This document shows positions 28,350 through 38,989 of a stretch of DNA of 64,000 bases, piece by piece. Position 1 is the stretch's first letter. Every line of letters starts with the position of its first letter. The notes below the pieces were generated by a model, which saw only the letters and a program-made list of their open reading frames with translations, was not told the DNA's origin and did not search any database. Both the position numbers and the translations under genes were made by a program. Origin of the DNA: Ignavibacteriota bacterium (GTDB lineage Bacteria > Bacteroidota > Ignavibacteria > UBA10030 > UBA6906); contig CAWDEM010000008.1 of NCBI GenBank assembly GCA_963801355.1, positions 1,728,001-1,792,000 on the forward strand. Reading direction: 5' to 3'.

Positions 28350-31300
28350 ATGAAATCCACCCGAATTACACTGCTTCTCTGTTTCGTTGTGCTTGGACTG
28401 GTTCCTGCCAGCACGCTGGCTCAACTCGACGCGCGTATGATGCGCAACCCGCATGTGTCCCAGACACAGATCGTCTTCTCGTACGGCGGCGACCTGTGGC
28501 TCGTTCCGAAAGAAGGAGGCACCGCGGTCCGGCTCAGCTCCCCGAAGGGGGAGGAACTGTTCCCCCGCTTCTCTCCCGATGGCAAGTTCATTGCGTATAG
28601 CGCGGAATATGATGGGAACCTGGACGTGTACGTCATCCCGAGTACCGGCGGAGAGCCCGTCCGGGTCACTTCCCATGGCTACGCTGACCGCGTCGTCGCA
28701 TGGTATCCCGACGGTTCCCGGATCCTGTTCGCCTCGGCAATGGTCTCGGGGCGTCAGCGCTTCAATCAGTTCTTCAGCGTAAGTCCAAAGGGCGGCCTCC
28801 CCGAGAAGCTGCCGCTTCCGTATGGAGAGATGGCTTCCTTCTCGCCCGATGGGAAGAAACTCGCCTACACCTATGTGACACAGGCGTTCCGCACATGGAA
28901 GCGCTATCGCGGCGGATGGGCGCCGGACATCCATCTGTTTGACCTGGAGAAGATGACCGACGAAAACATCACCGCGAACATTGCCATTGACGAGTTCCCG
29001 ATGTGGCATGGTGATAAGATCTACTTCCTCTCAGACCGCGGACCCGAGCTGAGGATGAATGTCTGGGTCTATGATATCAACTCAAAGCAATCCCGCCAGA
29101 TCACTTCATTCAAAGACTACGACATCACATTCCCCGCATTGGGGAAATCGGAGATCGTGTTCGAAGCCGGCGGAAGACTCTATCTGCTGGATATCGCCAC
29201 CGAAAAGTCGCGCGAGATTCCGGTGAAGGTAGTTACAGATGAAATCACTCTGCTTCCCCGCATGGAGAACGTCAGCAAGCTGATCCGGAACTACAGCATC
29301 TCCCCTGACGGCAAGCGTGTGCTCATCGAAGCCCGTGGCGAGGTTTTCTCCGCGCCGGCGGAGAACGGCCCCGTGTTCAACCTGACGCGCAGCTCCGGAT
29401 CGGCCGAACGCTATCCTGCCTGGTCTCCCGATGGCAAGCGTGCCGCGTATTGGAGTGACAAATCCGGGGAGTATGAACTGACGTTGTACGATTTTGACAA
29501 ACGCTCCGAACGGTCGGTCACTTCCTACGGGCCCGGCTACCGCTACAACCTCTACTGGTCTCCCAATAGCGCGATGATCGCGTTCATTGACAAGGCAATG
29601 CAGATCAAGATCTATGACATCGAGAAAGATCGCACGGTCGACGTCGACAAGGAGAAATATCTCTACGAGGGAGGACTCATCGGTTTCAGCGTGAGTTGGT
29701 CGCCGGACAGCCGATGGCTTGCCTACGCCCGTGAACTTGACACCAGAAGCAGTGCCATCTGCCTCTACGACACAAAAGAAGCAAAGAGCACACAGGTGAC
29801 ATCCGGATATTATTCGGACATGCAGCCATCATTCGACCCGGACGGCAAGTACCTTTACTTTCTTACGAACCGGAACTTCGTGCCGGTCTATTCGGACATC
29901 GACGGCACCTGGATTTATCCAAACGCGACGGTCATCGCCGCCGCAACTCTGAATGACGATGTCCTCTCGCCCCTGGCCCCCAAGAACGACACACTCGCGG
30001 TAAGCGCCAAGGGAACACTGGAGAGCGACAAGGGGAAGAAGGACGAAAAGAAGGACGAGAAGAAGGACGAAAAAAAGGACGAAAAGAAGGACGAAAAGAA
30101 AGAGGAGAAACCAAAGGAGACCAAAATCACTCTGGCCGGTTTCGAGCAACGGGTCGTCATCCTTCCGCCCGCAGCAGGCAACGTCGGCAATGTGGCCGGT
30201 ATAACCGGAAAGGTTCTGTTCCTCCGAGTACCGAACACCGGTTCGGCCGAGAAGAAAAAAGCGTTGATCTACTACGATCTCGAGAAGCGCGAGGAGAAGA
30301 CCATCGTCGACGACATCGACTTCTTCGAGCCGAGCGCAGACGGAAAGAAGCTTCTGATCGGCAAGGGGACAAACGTCGCGGTGGTCGACATCGCGGAAAG
30401 TCAGAAGATGGACAAGAAGGTGCCAAACGGCAACCTTACGATGACCGTGGACCCGCGGGCTGAATGGAAGCAGATATTCAACGACGTGTGGCGGCTCGAA
30501 CGGGACTTTTTCTACGACCCGAACATGCACGGGGTAGACTGGGATGCTATGCGGACTCGTTATGCGAAGCTTCTGGAAGGTGCCGTTACACGCTCGGATG
30601 TGAATTTCGTTATCGGCGAACTGATCGCAGAGTTGAACGCTTCCCACACCTACCGGGGTGGCGGCGACCTGGAGCAGCCTGAAAGAATCAATGTCGGCTA
30701 TCTTGGCATCGACTGGGAACTCGCTAACGGAGCCTACCGGATCAAGAACATCGTTAACGGCGCCGCGTGGGACACGGAGGTCCGTTCATCGCTTTTGATG
30801 CCCGGCCTCAAGGTAAAACAGGGGGACTATATCCTTGCCGTTAATGGCGAGCCCATTGACGGCAGCCGCGCACCCTGGGAAGCATTCCAGGGACTGGCTG
30901 ACCAGACAGTCGAGCTGACGGTAAATTCCAAACCCTCCATGGATGGAGCCTGGAAGATTACGGTCAAAACCATGGCCGATGAATCGCGTCTCCGTAATCT
31001 CGCATGGATTGAGTCGAACCGGCGGCGCGTCGATGAAGCCTCCGGCGGCCGGATCGGGTACGTCTACGTCCCCAGCACGGGCACCGACGGACAGACTGAG
31101 CTCGTGCGTCAGTTCGCGGCTCAGTTCATGAAGGATGGAATCATCATCGACGAGCGGTTCAACAGCGGCGGGCAGATCCCGGACCGGTTCATCGAGCTTC
31201 TTGACCGGAAGCCCCTTGGATTCTGGGCTGTGCGCGACGGAAAGAACTGGCAGTGGCCTCCCATGGCGAATTTCGGCCCGAAGGTGATGCTCATCAACGG

Positions 31301-31646
31301 ATGGAGCGGCTCAGGCGGCGATGCGTTCCCCGACTACTTCCGGAAAGCGGGTCTCGGCCCCCTGATCGGTTCGCGCACATGGGGCGGCCTCATCGGCATC
31401 AGCGGCGCGCCGGCGTTAATCGACGGAGGAAGCGTCACGGTTCCGACATTCAGGCTCTACCAGCCGGACGGTACATGGTTCAAGGAGGGGCACGGCGTGG
31501 ACCCGGACATTTCTGTTCCTGAGGACCCGGCGAAGCTGGCAAAGGGAGTGGACACGCAATTGGAAAGGGGAATAGAGGAAGTCATGAAGACGCTCAAGGC
31601 ATCACCTTCCCCCTTCCCGAAGCAACCACCGTACGAGAAGAGGTAG
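28350..31646 (+). CDS. Tricorn protease homolog (peptidase S41)
   Basis: Signal peptide, FSPDG/WSPDG propeller repeats, ELNASHT, PDZ, DERFNSGG, SGSGGD, GSRTWGG, EGHGVDPD. Confidence 0.96.
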   Translation: MKSTRITLLLCFVVLGLVPASTLAQLDARMMRNPHVSQTQIVFSYGGDLWLVPKEGGTAVRLSSPKGEELFPRFSPDGKFIAYSAEYDGNLDVYVIPSTGGEPVRVTSHGYADRVVAWYPDGSRILFASAMVSGRQRFNQFFSVSPKGGLPEKLPLPYGEMASFSPDGKKLAYTYVTQAFRTWKRYRGGWAPDIHLFDLEKMTDENITANIAIDEFPMWHGDKIYFLSDRGPELRMNVWVYDINSKQSRQITSFKDYDITFPALGKSEIVFEAGGRLYLLDIATEKSREIPVKVVTDEITLLPRMENVSKLIRNYSISPDGKRVLIEARGEVFSAPAENGPVFNLTRSSGSAERYPAWSPDGKRAAYWSDKSGEYELTLYDFDKRSERSVTSYGPGYRYNLYWSPNSAMIAFIDKAMQIKIYDIEKDRTVDVDKEKYLYEGGLIGFSVSWSPDSRWLAYARELDTRSSAICLYDTKEAKSTQVTSGYYSDMQPSFDPDGKYLYFLTNRNFVPVYSDIDGTWIYPNATVIAAATLNDDVLSPLAPKNDTLAVSAKGTLESDKGKKDEKKDEKKDEKKDEKKDEKKEEKPKETKITLAGFEQRVVILPPAAGNVGNVAGITGKVLFLRVPNTGSAEKKKALIYYDLEKREEKTIVDDIDFFEPSADGKKLLIGKGTNVAVVDIAESQKMDKKVPNGNLTMTVDPRAEWKQIFNDVWRLERDFFYDPNMHGVDWDAMRTRYAKLLEGAVTRSDVNFVIGELIAELNASHTYRGGGDLEQPERINVGYLGIDWELANGAYRIKNIVNGAAWDTEVRSSLLMPGLKVKQGDYILAVNGEPIDGSRAPWEAFQGLADQTVELTVNSKPSMDGAWKITVKTMADESRLRNLAWIESNRRRVDEASGGRIGYVYVPSTGTDGQTELVRQFAAQFMKDGIIIDERFNSGGQIPDRFIELLDRKPLGFWAVRDGKNWQWPPMANFGPKVMLINGWSGSGGDAFPDYFRKAGLGPLIGSRTWGGLIGISGAPALIDGGSVTVPTFRLYQPDGTWFKEGHGVDPDISVPEDPAKLAKGVDTQLERGIEEVMKTLKASPSPFPKQPPYEKR
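30036..30107 (+). repeat. In-frame 12-bp tandem repeat encoding (KKDE)5-KKEE linker
   Basis: aagaaggacgaa units within the tricorn CDS. Confidence 0.9.
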
Positions 31647-31681
31647 GACTTCGAACCAGTCTTGACTCGGCCTTTCATGCA

Positions 31682-31713
31682 ACGATGCCCGCCGGTTCGC
31701 CGGCGGGCATCGT
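31682..31713. terminator. Strong hairpin between convergent genes (probable terminator)
   Basis: ACGATGCCCGCCGG-TTCG-CCGGCGGGCATCGT, 14-bp perfect stem; no clear U-tract. Confidence 0.7.
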
Positions 31714-31746
31714 CGTAACCAGTCCGCTGATCTTCACGTCCTGCCT

Positions 31747-34161
31747 TCAGAAGCGACTCTCTTCAAGCATTGTTACTTCGCTCCAACTCCCGTCCCGTTC
31801 GAACCGGATCGTCTTGATCTCGTATGGACTGAACTTCAGGATGGCGGAGACATTCGACCGCAACAGGCGAACGGAAGCCCTGGTCTCCTTTCCCACTACT
31901 TCCTGCAATCTCATGACCAGCGCCTTTGCATCCCAGGATCTCTTGCACGCGAGAAGCCTCACCGTCCCTGTCTCCAGGCCCATGATATCCTGCTGACCGG
32001 TGTTCTCATCTCCGATCGGGTAGTGGGCCAGAACATATGGAGGAGCGCTGATCCAGTCTGCAAGCCCTGCAACCCTCTCGAGTACTTCGGTCGTGTCACC
32101 GGCAATCAACACGACGCGAAATTCATGCACACCCTGGTCCATGTGCTTGAGGTGGCGCTGAACATTGACATCAAACGAATGTTCGTGGCAGTAGAGCGGA
32201 CTCCGCAACACGGAGAGCCTGACTTCTCCTTCAGAGAGATCGAAGCCATACTGGCCGCTGTTCACAATGCCGAGCGCGGTTGGTTTGCCCACAATGGTGC
32301 CCTGCAGCACCATCCAGCGACCTTGAATGTGTTCCTGCCCATCATGCGGCCGCACAATGGCCCCGCCCGGGACTTCGCAGAATGCATCGGATGAACGGAA
32401 CAGTGTCGGGATCGCGAGCTTGAGTCTCTTCCGTTCTTCGTTCCAGTAGACCCGCAACCTGAACTCCAGGAAGGGAAACGACGCGTATGCGATAGTACGG
32501 CAGACGATCCTGCTACGACCAGCTTCGAACACCGCCTCCGTGACTTTCTTCACGGGCCCGTGCTCAAGGGTCACGAATGATCCGGGAACAAACGAGAACG
32601 TCCCCAACACCGTGTGATAGCTCCACTCCTCCATTCCCCAGGAATCCGCAAGGTCTTCCACAAGCAATGCCTTCAGGGCTTCGCCTGCCAGGACCTCCCG
32701 CCCGCCACCCGCATCCAGATGTGTCACCAGTCCGGAATCGGAAGTCGCAAACTTCGCCATTGGCTCCGCAGCAGCGGACCGTATTGGGCCTTCATGCATT
32801 TCGATCCGGTAGTAGGACGCACCGATCCGGGGTAGCCTTGCATTGAAGCAGATCTTTCTGCGCCACTGATCCGGCAACAGCAGCGATTCCGCCGGTTCTT
32901 CCTGTACAGAAATCTCGGAACCGTCCAACGCAATGAGCCGGGCGTGCCAGACCCCGTCGAATTTCGGCACATGGTCTATCATATATTCGAGTTCCACGGG
33001 CACATCGGGCGCGCCCGGGTTCATGTTCAATACTGTGACCGGGATCTGGACTATTCGATGGCGACCTTTGAAGAAACCCGATATGGCCCCGAGACGAAGC
33101 CGTCTGGAAGTCTCGGAAGAACGTCCGTAGAGATCGAGCGCATCCTGTTCACCCGACTCAACCGAGGAACCGGCAAGGATGTCGTGGAAGTCGTTGAACA
33201 GATGGTCGCGCCATGCTTCGCGAATTTCCCCGGCAGGGTACTCTTGCCCCTCAACCCACCATGTCGCCGCACGCAATCCCTCCGTCTGCACCAATTCTCC
33301 GAGGTTCTGCTGCATCCTCCTCTTCAGCCGAGACATCGATGTGTAGCATCCGGTGAACACACGCTGCAAGTCCCCTTCGACAACGGGGAGCTCCGGAACC
33401 AACTCCCGGATCGCCTCATAGTACCGCTCGGTGGAGCTGTGGATGATCTCCACGCGTGTCTCCTGCTTCATAAGTCCCTGGATTTGCTCGAGTTCCCGGG
33501 CCGTGGCCCCTCCTCCGTGATCACCGAGTCCCCAAAAAACGGGCGTGTCGCGGTTGAATTTGAGGGCGATGTCTATACCAGCCTGGATCCGCTCAACGGA
33601 ACGGTCGTGGAACGTGTTGTATGCAAAAGGAATACGGTACACCGCGATCTCGGATCCGTCGACCCCCCGCCACCGGTAGAGGTCCGAGGGTAGTGAAAGG
33701 TACTTCTGCTCGGGACGCATATGGACGTACATCTTGTAGCCGGCCTTCAACAGAATCTGCGGCAGACCTCCGCTGTGGCCAAAGGAATCGAAGTTGTATG
33801 CCACCACGGGTCGCAGACCGAAATTCTCGGAGAAGAATTGCCGACCTTCGGCAATATGACGGATGATCGCTTCGGCTCCCGGCATATTCACATCCGGCTG
33901 CAGATCCCACCCTCCGGATATGCACCAGCGGCCTTCGGCCACAAGCTTCTGTATTTCCTTGAACAAACCCGGGTCATACTCCTCCACCCACCTGTAGAGA
34001 ATTGCTTCATTGTGATTGAACACGAACGACGGGAACTCTCGCAAGAGCCGAACGGCGATGCCGAATGTCGTGATGGCTTCAGCAGCACCTTCGTCCCACC
34101 GCCACTGCCAGACCGGGTCGAGATGAGCGTTGCAGATAAGATGGAGCACAGGTTTCTTCAT
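31747..34161 (-). CDS. Glycoside hydrolase family 38 alpha-mannosidase
   Basis: NAHLDPVWQWRW, DVNMPGAE, DSFGHS, GLGDHGGG, GCYTS, FHDILAGS. Confidence 0.95.
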   Translation of the reverse strand: MKKPVLHLICNAHLDPVWQWRWDEGAAEAITTFGIAVRLLREFPSFVFNHNEAILYRWVEEYDPGLFKEIQKLVAEGRWCISGGWDLQPDVNMPGAEAIIRHIAEGRQFFSENFGLRPVVAYNFDSFGHSGGLPQILLKAGYKMYVHMRPEQKYLSLPSDLYRWRGVDGSEIAVYRIPFAYNTFHDRSVERIQAGIDIALKFNRDTPVFWGLGDHGGGATARELEQIQGLMKQETRVEIIHSSTERYYEAIRELVPELPVVEGDLQRVFTGCYTSMSRLKRRMQQNLGELVQTEGLRAATWWVEGQEYPAGEIREAWRDHLFNDFHDILAGSSVESGEQDALDLYGRSSETSRRLRLGAISGFFKGRHRIVQIPVTVLNMNPGAPDVPVELEYMIDHVPKFDGVWHARLIALDGSEISVQEEPAESLLLPDQWRRKICFNARLPRIGASYYRIEMHEGPIRSAAAEPMAKFATSDSGLVTHLDAGGGREVLAGEALKALLVEDLADSWGMEEWSYHTVLGTFSFVPGSFVTLEHGPVKKVTEAVFEAGRSRIVCRTIAYASFPFLEFRLRVYWNEERKRLKLAIPTLFRSSDAFCEVPGGAIVRPHDGQEHIQGRWMVLQGTIVGKPTALGIVNSGQYGFDLSEGEVRLSVLRSPLYCHEHSFDVNVQRHLKHMDQGVHEFRVVLIAGDTTEVLERVAGLADWISAPPYVLAHYPIGDENTGQQDIMGLETGTVRLLACKRSWDAKALVMRLQEVVGKETRASVRLLRSNVSAILKFSPYEIKTIRFERDGSWSEVTMLEESRF

Positions 34162-34436
34162 AGATGATCAGTTCAATGGGGAAGGTTGAGTTCCGGACAC
34201 TTGGAAAGACCGTTTATCCGGATTCTACGGACAGAGAGACTCTGCGATGACAAAGAAAACTACAGAATAGCATATGGAGAATCAAGGCCACATTGGCCTC
34301 TGTCAACGTTTGCCTCAACTACTACAACTCCGATTATCAATGAGGCGACAACGGTCTTCAGGAACACTCCCGTATTGACTTTACGCTTCCCGACTGGTAT
34401 CCTCTATATATCGTACACATTATCCCGCCGGATACC

Positions 34437-35954
34437 ATGTCCCCACGCGTTGCATTTGACAATGAACGATACCTCGCCGAACAGAGCGCGGCTATTCTCG
34501 ATCGTGTCGCGAGGTTCGAGAATAAACTCTACCTCGAATTTGGAGGCAAGCTCCTGTTCGATTACCATGCTGCACGGGTTCTGCCGGGTTTCGACCCCAA
34601 TGTGAAGATCCGCCTGCTGCAACATCTGCGGGACAAGTCCGAAGTGCTTCTTTGCATCTTTGCCGGGGACATTGAACGGAGAAAGGTGCGTGCGGATTTC
34701 GGAATAACCTACGATGCTGACACACTCAAGCTCATCGATGATCTCCGCGAGAGGGGGATCAGCGTCACGGGAGTCATCATCACACGTTTTGACGGCCAGC
34801 CCTCAGCGCTGCTCTTCAAGAATAAGCTCGAACGGCGGGGCATCCGGGTCACCATTCATCGATTCACGAAGGGCTATCCGATGGATGTCGACACTGTGGT
34901 CAGCGATGCCGGGTATGGAGCCAACGAGTACATCCCGACAACCCGGCCTATCGTTGTCGTCGCGGGCCCGGGACCGCTGAGCGGAAAGCTTGCCACATGC
35001 CTTTCGCAACTCTACCACGAGTGGCGTCACGGTGTCCATGCGGGGTATGCAAAGTTTGAAACATTCCCCATCTGGAGCCTTCCCCTCAAACACCCGGTCA
35101 ACATCGCGTACGAAGCCGCGACGGCGGACATCAAGGATTTTAATCTGATTGATCCGTTCCACTTCGAGGCGTACAATCAGCCTGCAATCAACTACAACCG
35201 CGACGTCGAGGCATTTCCACTCCTCAGGCGGATCATCGAAAAGATCACCCGGAAACCTTCCTTTTACCTTTCACCCACCGACATGGGGGTGAACCGGGCG
35301 GGGTACGGCATTGTGAACGACGAGCTCGTGCGTGCTGCCGCAACACAGGAAGTGATACGCCGCTACTTGCGGTACGCGTGCGAGTATGCGATGGGCCTGG
35401 CCGATCAGGAAACCGTACAACGGGCAAAACTCCTGATGGAGGAACTCGGGGTCACAGCAGAAGACAGGAGCACCGTGCTTCCTGCCAGGCAAGCTGCCCG
35501 GGATGCGGAAAGCTGCGGAAAGGGCAACAACGGGGTGTATTGCGGAGCGGCCTTGCAGCTCTCTGACGGCACAATGATCACCGGAAAGAACTCTCCGGAA
35601 ATGCATTCATCTTCGGCACTCATTCTCAACGCAGTGAAGCAACTTGCGGGCCTTCCTCCGTCGCTCCATTTGCTGCCTCCTGCAACCATCACCTCCCTCA
35701 CACACCTCAAGCGGGAGATCCTGCAGCGCACGATGCTCAGTCTCGACCTCGAAGAGACACTCACGGCATTAAGTATCAGCGCGACGAGCGATCCGGCCGC
35801 CAATCTCGCGATCGAGAAACTCAAACAGCTCCGGGGATGCGAGGTGCATCTGACCCACATCCCGCCTTCCGGCGATGAGGCCGGACTTCGCAAGCTCGGC
35901 GTGAATCTCACCAGCGACCCTCAGTTTGTAGGCAATCTGCTGTTTCAGAGCTAA
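34437..35954 (+). CDS. DUF1846 family protein
   Basis: KLYLEFGGKLLFDYHAARVLPGFDP, GPGPLSGKLATCLSQLYH, YAKFETFPIW, SPTDMGVN. Confidence 0.92.
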   Translation: MSPRVAFDNERYLAEQSAAILDRVARFENKLYLEFGGKLLFDYHAARVLPGFDPNVKIRLLQHLRDKSEVLLCIFAGDIERRKVRADFGITYDADTLKLIDDLRERGISVTGVIITRFDGQPSALLFKNKLERRGIRVTIHRFTKGYPMDVDTVVSDAGYGANEYIPTTRPIVVVAGPGPLSGKLATCLSQLYHEWRHGVHAGYAKFETFPIWSLPLKHPVNIAYEAATADIKDFNLIDPFHFEAYNQPAINYNRDVEAFPLLRRIIEKITRKPSFYLSPTDMGVNRAGYGIVNDELVRAAATQEVIRRYLRYACEYAMGLADQETVQRAKLLMEELGVTAEDRSTVLPARQAARDAESCGKGNNGVYCGAALQLSDGTMITGKNSPEMHSSSALILNAVKQLAGLPPSLHLLPPATITSLTHLKREILQRTMLSLDLEETLTALSISATSDPAANLAIEKLKQLRGCEVHLTHIPPSGDEAGLRKLGVNLTSDPQFVGNLLFQS

Positions 35955-36040
35955 CGCCCGGAAGTCCCCGCATCTTACCCGTTGCGTGTGGCCGCTTCGT
36001 TTTGCACATTACCTACGCTTCGTGCCCCTGACCGTGTCTA

Positions 36041-36069
36041 TTGCATTCACCGGGACACTTGGGTAAAAT
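36041..36069 (+). promoter_or_regulatory. Possible sigma70 promoter
   Basis: TTGCAT-N17-TAAAAT, about 65 nt before ATG 36134. Confidence 0.5.
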
Positions 36070-36133
36070 CTTCTCTGATCGTCATTTATGTCGATCTGCA
36101 GCTCTTCGTAGTGCACTTATCCGGAGCAGGTCT

Positions 36134-36796
36134 ATGGAAGAACTCATGAAGTTCCTCGAATCGCTGAAGCAGTTCTGGTTGCAACTGGCTGTCTATGCTC
36201 CCCCGTTGCTCGCGGCGGTGGTCTTTCTCCTGGCGGGATTGCTGATCGCTAAACTCTTCCGCCGGGGAGCAATCCGCTTCTTCAGACTACTCCGCCTCGA
36301 TACTCTGGCGGAGAAATTGGGGATCGAGGATTTTCTGATCCGCGGAGGGATACAGTATACGACAGTGACTATCCTGGCCAATCTGATTTACTGGTTCATC
36401 CTCCTCACGGTGACGATGGCCGTGTTGCACAGTCTAGGGCTGCAGGGAGCGGCAGATTTGTTCAACAAGTTCCTTCTGTATATTCCGAACGTTGTGGTGG
36501 CTTTGATGCTGCTGATCCTCGGCTCACTCCTCGCCCGCTTCGTCCGTGGAGTCTCCAGCGCCTATTTGAACAATATTGGACTGGTGGGGGCGGAATTCCT
36601 CAGCATCATCGCGCAGTGGGCCATCCTCCTTTTTGCCGTCTCCGTTGCACTTGAACAACTTGACATCGGCGGCCAGACACTCGTATCCGGGTTCCAGATT
36701 TCCTTCGGCGCGCTCTGCCTCGCCCTGGCGCTTGCCTTTGGACTCGGTGGGAAGGAATGGGCGGCGAGCATCCTGGACAAGATGTTGAAGAAATGA
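36134..36796 (+). CDS. TM-helix repeat protein (MscS TM-1 like / CmpX-type)
   Basis: Two YxPxxxxA repeats (YAPPLLAA, YIPNVVVA), ALEQLDIG, ALAFGLGGKE. Confidence 0.85.
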   Translation: MEELMKFLESLKQFWLQLAVYAPPLLAAVVFLLAGLLIAKLFRRGAIRFFRLLRLDTLAEKLGIEDFLIRGGIQYTTVTILANLIYWFILLTVTMAVLHSLGLQGAADLFNKFLLYIPNVVVALMLLILGSLLARFVRGVSSAYLNNIGLVGAEFLSIIAQWAILLFAVSVALEQLDIGGQTLVSGFQISFGALCLALALAFGLGGKEWAASILDKMLKK

Positions 36797-36841
36797 GATC
36801 CTGCCAATAGAACCCTGAACCTGACGCGGACGGATCACCCG

Positions 36842-37699
36842 ATGAATATCATCGATTGCCACACGCACGTCAACAACTACCATCGTGAAGACGTCGAATC
36901 ACTGCAACAATGCTTGAACGACCTGCAGCGCGAAATGCGCCGGAACCGTATCGATATCGCCCTGGTCCTCACGTCATATAAGGTGGCACCCGGTCGCCCC
37001 TCGACGCGAGAGGTCGTCCGCGCCACACGGGACCTCACGAATGTCTTCATTGTCGCGGGAATCAGCTATCAGCATTTCTCCCCGGGACAACTCACGGAAC
37101 TGCGGGAGTACCTTCTCGACGGATCCGTACGGGGGCTGAAGCTGTACCCCGGCTATGAACCGTTCTATCCGGGAGACGAGAAATTGCAGGGCGTGTATGA
37201 ACTCGCGGCGGAATTTGGAGTCCCCGTCATGATCCATTCCGGCGACACCTTCACGCCGCAGGGGAAAGTCAAGTTTGCCCATCCTCTGCATGTCGATGAG
37301 GTGGCTGTCGATTATCCCGATGTCAACTTCATCATCTGCCACCTCGGGAGTCCATGGTTCCGCGACTGCATGGAAGTAGTCTACAAAAATAAGAATGTCT
37401 TCACCGATATTTCCGGTCTCGTCCTCGGTGATTTTTCGGACCGCTTCGAGGAGTTCATGCACAAACAAATTCAGGAAATGTTGGCGTACGGCGTTGAACC
37501 GGACAAAGTGCTGTATGGGACAGACTGGCCCATTTCATCCATGGAATCGTATCTGGAATTCATGGAAGAGCTCAGGATGCCAGAGAAAGACCGGCGCAAG
37601 ATCATGTATGAGAACGCCGCAAGACTCTTCAGGCTTCCGGGTGTCAACTCCACCTCCAATCTGAAGACTCTGCTCAAAGGGTTTACAGATCCGGTCTGA
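36842..37699 (+). CDS. Amidohydrolase family protein (Amidohydro_2)
   Basis: IIDCHTH, GLKLYPGY, PVMIHSG, ICHLG, TDISG, YGTDWP. Confidence 0.92.
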   Translation: MNIIDCHTHVNNYHREDVESLQQCLNDLQREMRRNRIDIALVLTSYKVAPGRPSTREVVRATRDLTNVFIVAGISYQHFSPGQLTELREYLLDGSVRGLKLYPGYEPFYPGDEKLQGVYELAAEFGVPVMIHSGDTFTPQGKVKFAHPLHVDEVAVDYPDVNFIICHLGSPWFRDCMEVVYKNKNVFTDISGLVLGDFSDRFEEFMHKQIQEMLAYGVEPDKVLYGTDWPISSMESYLEFMEELRMPEKDRRKIMYENAARLFRLPGVNSTSNLKTLLKGFTDPV

Positions 37700-37771
37700 A
37701 GACACTTCTGAAAGGATGTGCGAATCTAGGCATCCGCCGTCCGGCACTCATGCCGTTATGAAGAATCTCCG

Positions 37772-38989
37772 CTATTTGTGTTCATCCGCCGAATTGCTGC
37801 GTATGAATCCGAGGAGCGGCAGTGAGAAGAGCGACACTGCCGCCATGAAGAGAAACGCCACAGCGTAGCCCCACGTACCCTGCATTTTTCCCACTGCAAG
37901 TGCAGCCCATGCCTCACAACCATTCGTGGCTCCCATGAATGCACTGAACTGCGTGGCCCCGAGCCGCGGATCGATTGTGTCCATGAAGAGCGCATATGTA
38001 GCCGCGGTAAACATGCCGATAAACACGTAGAGCAGTGCCATGAGGACAAAAAGCATCGGGTGGTCGTCGGCCTCACTGGTCGCTGTCAGGACCGCGAGTC
38101 CGATGACGGCTCCCGCAATCAGCATCAACGTCAGCGCGACAGCACTGCGCCGATGCATCCTGTCGGCGAGGAATCCGCCAACGAGTGCGCCTCCCATCAT
38201 GCCCAGCACTGCGGGAATTGAGAAGAACAGTCCGACGTCCGATTGGCTGAATCCCTGATCCAGAAGGAATGGGCCGGCGACAGCCCCTACCGATTCGAAC
38301 GCCGCGCCACTGGTTCCGGCGAAGAGCAACACGAGCCATGTTGTCCGGCTGGCGAGTACAATCCTTATTCGGCCCACAAAATCCTGCACCCGTTGCCGGA
38401 ACAAGGCGGATGAAGGTTGGAGAGCCAGGGGATCCGGAGTGAGTAGGAGAAACGCCGAGGACATCCACGTTGCTGCAATCAAGAGAGGAACAGTGATATG
38501 CATCCCGGCACGGGATTCAATGAGCAGGACTCCCCCTCCCAGCAATGACCGGCCGAGGAGCATTCCGAACTGCATCCAACCGTTCAGCGATCCGCGCTCC
38601 CGGGATGGGATAACAGATATGGCGTAGGCATCGATGGCAGCGTCCTGCGTGGCCGCAAGCAGGGCGTGGAGAAACAGCAATCCCACGAGGAGATCTCGCT
38701 GCGCCTGGAAGTCCAGAAACAACAACGGCAGCAAGGTGATTCCCATGAAAAACTGGAGCGTTAGAATCCAGGCGCGGTATCCCCACTTCCGTGTGCGGCC
38801 GATGTCAATGACCGGAGCCCAGAGAAATTTGAACACCCAGGGAAGGACAAGGAGGGCGGAAAGGGATGCTGTGGTTTCGACGGAGACACCGGCCGCGCGC
38901 AGCTTTGTGGGCAAAGCCCACCAGATGAACCCGATCGGCGCGCCTTCACTGAAGTAGCATGCTGCAAAGAGAAGCTTCCGACTTCTCAT
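37772..38989 (-). CDS. MFS transporter, AmpG-like
   Basis: LPWVFKFLWAPVID, AATQDAAIDAYA, ATQFS; start overlaps the upstream stop. Confidence 0.88.
   Translation of the reverse strand: MRSRKLLFAACYFSEGAPIGFIWWALPTKLRAAGVSVETTASLSALLVLPWVFKFLWAPVIDIGRTRKWGYRAWILTLQFFMGITLLPLLFLDFQAQRDLLVGLLFLHALLAATQDAAIDAYAISVIPSRERGSLNGWMQFGMLLGRSLLGGGVLLIESRAGMHITVPLLIAATWMSSAFLLLTPDPLALQPSSALFRQRVQDFVGRIRIVLASRTTWLVLLFAGTSGAAFESVGAVAGPFLLDQGFSQSDVGLFFSIPAVLGMMGGALVGGFLADRMHRRSAVALTLMLIAGAVIGLAVLTATSEADDHPMLFVLMALLYVFIGMFTAATYALFMDTIDPRLGATQFSAFMGATNGCEAWAALAVGKMQGTWGYAVAFLFMAAVSLFSLPLLGFIRSNSADEHK

Noticed and set aside
30036-30107. 12-bp tandem repeat as a contingency locus
   Set aside because: In-frame KKDE linker with synonymous variation; such charged linkers are ordinary in tricorn proteases.
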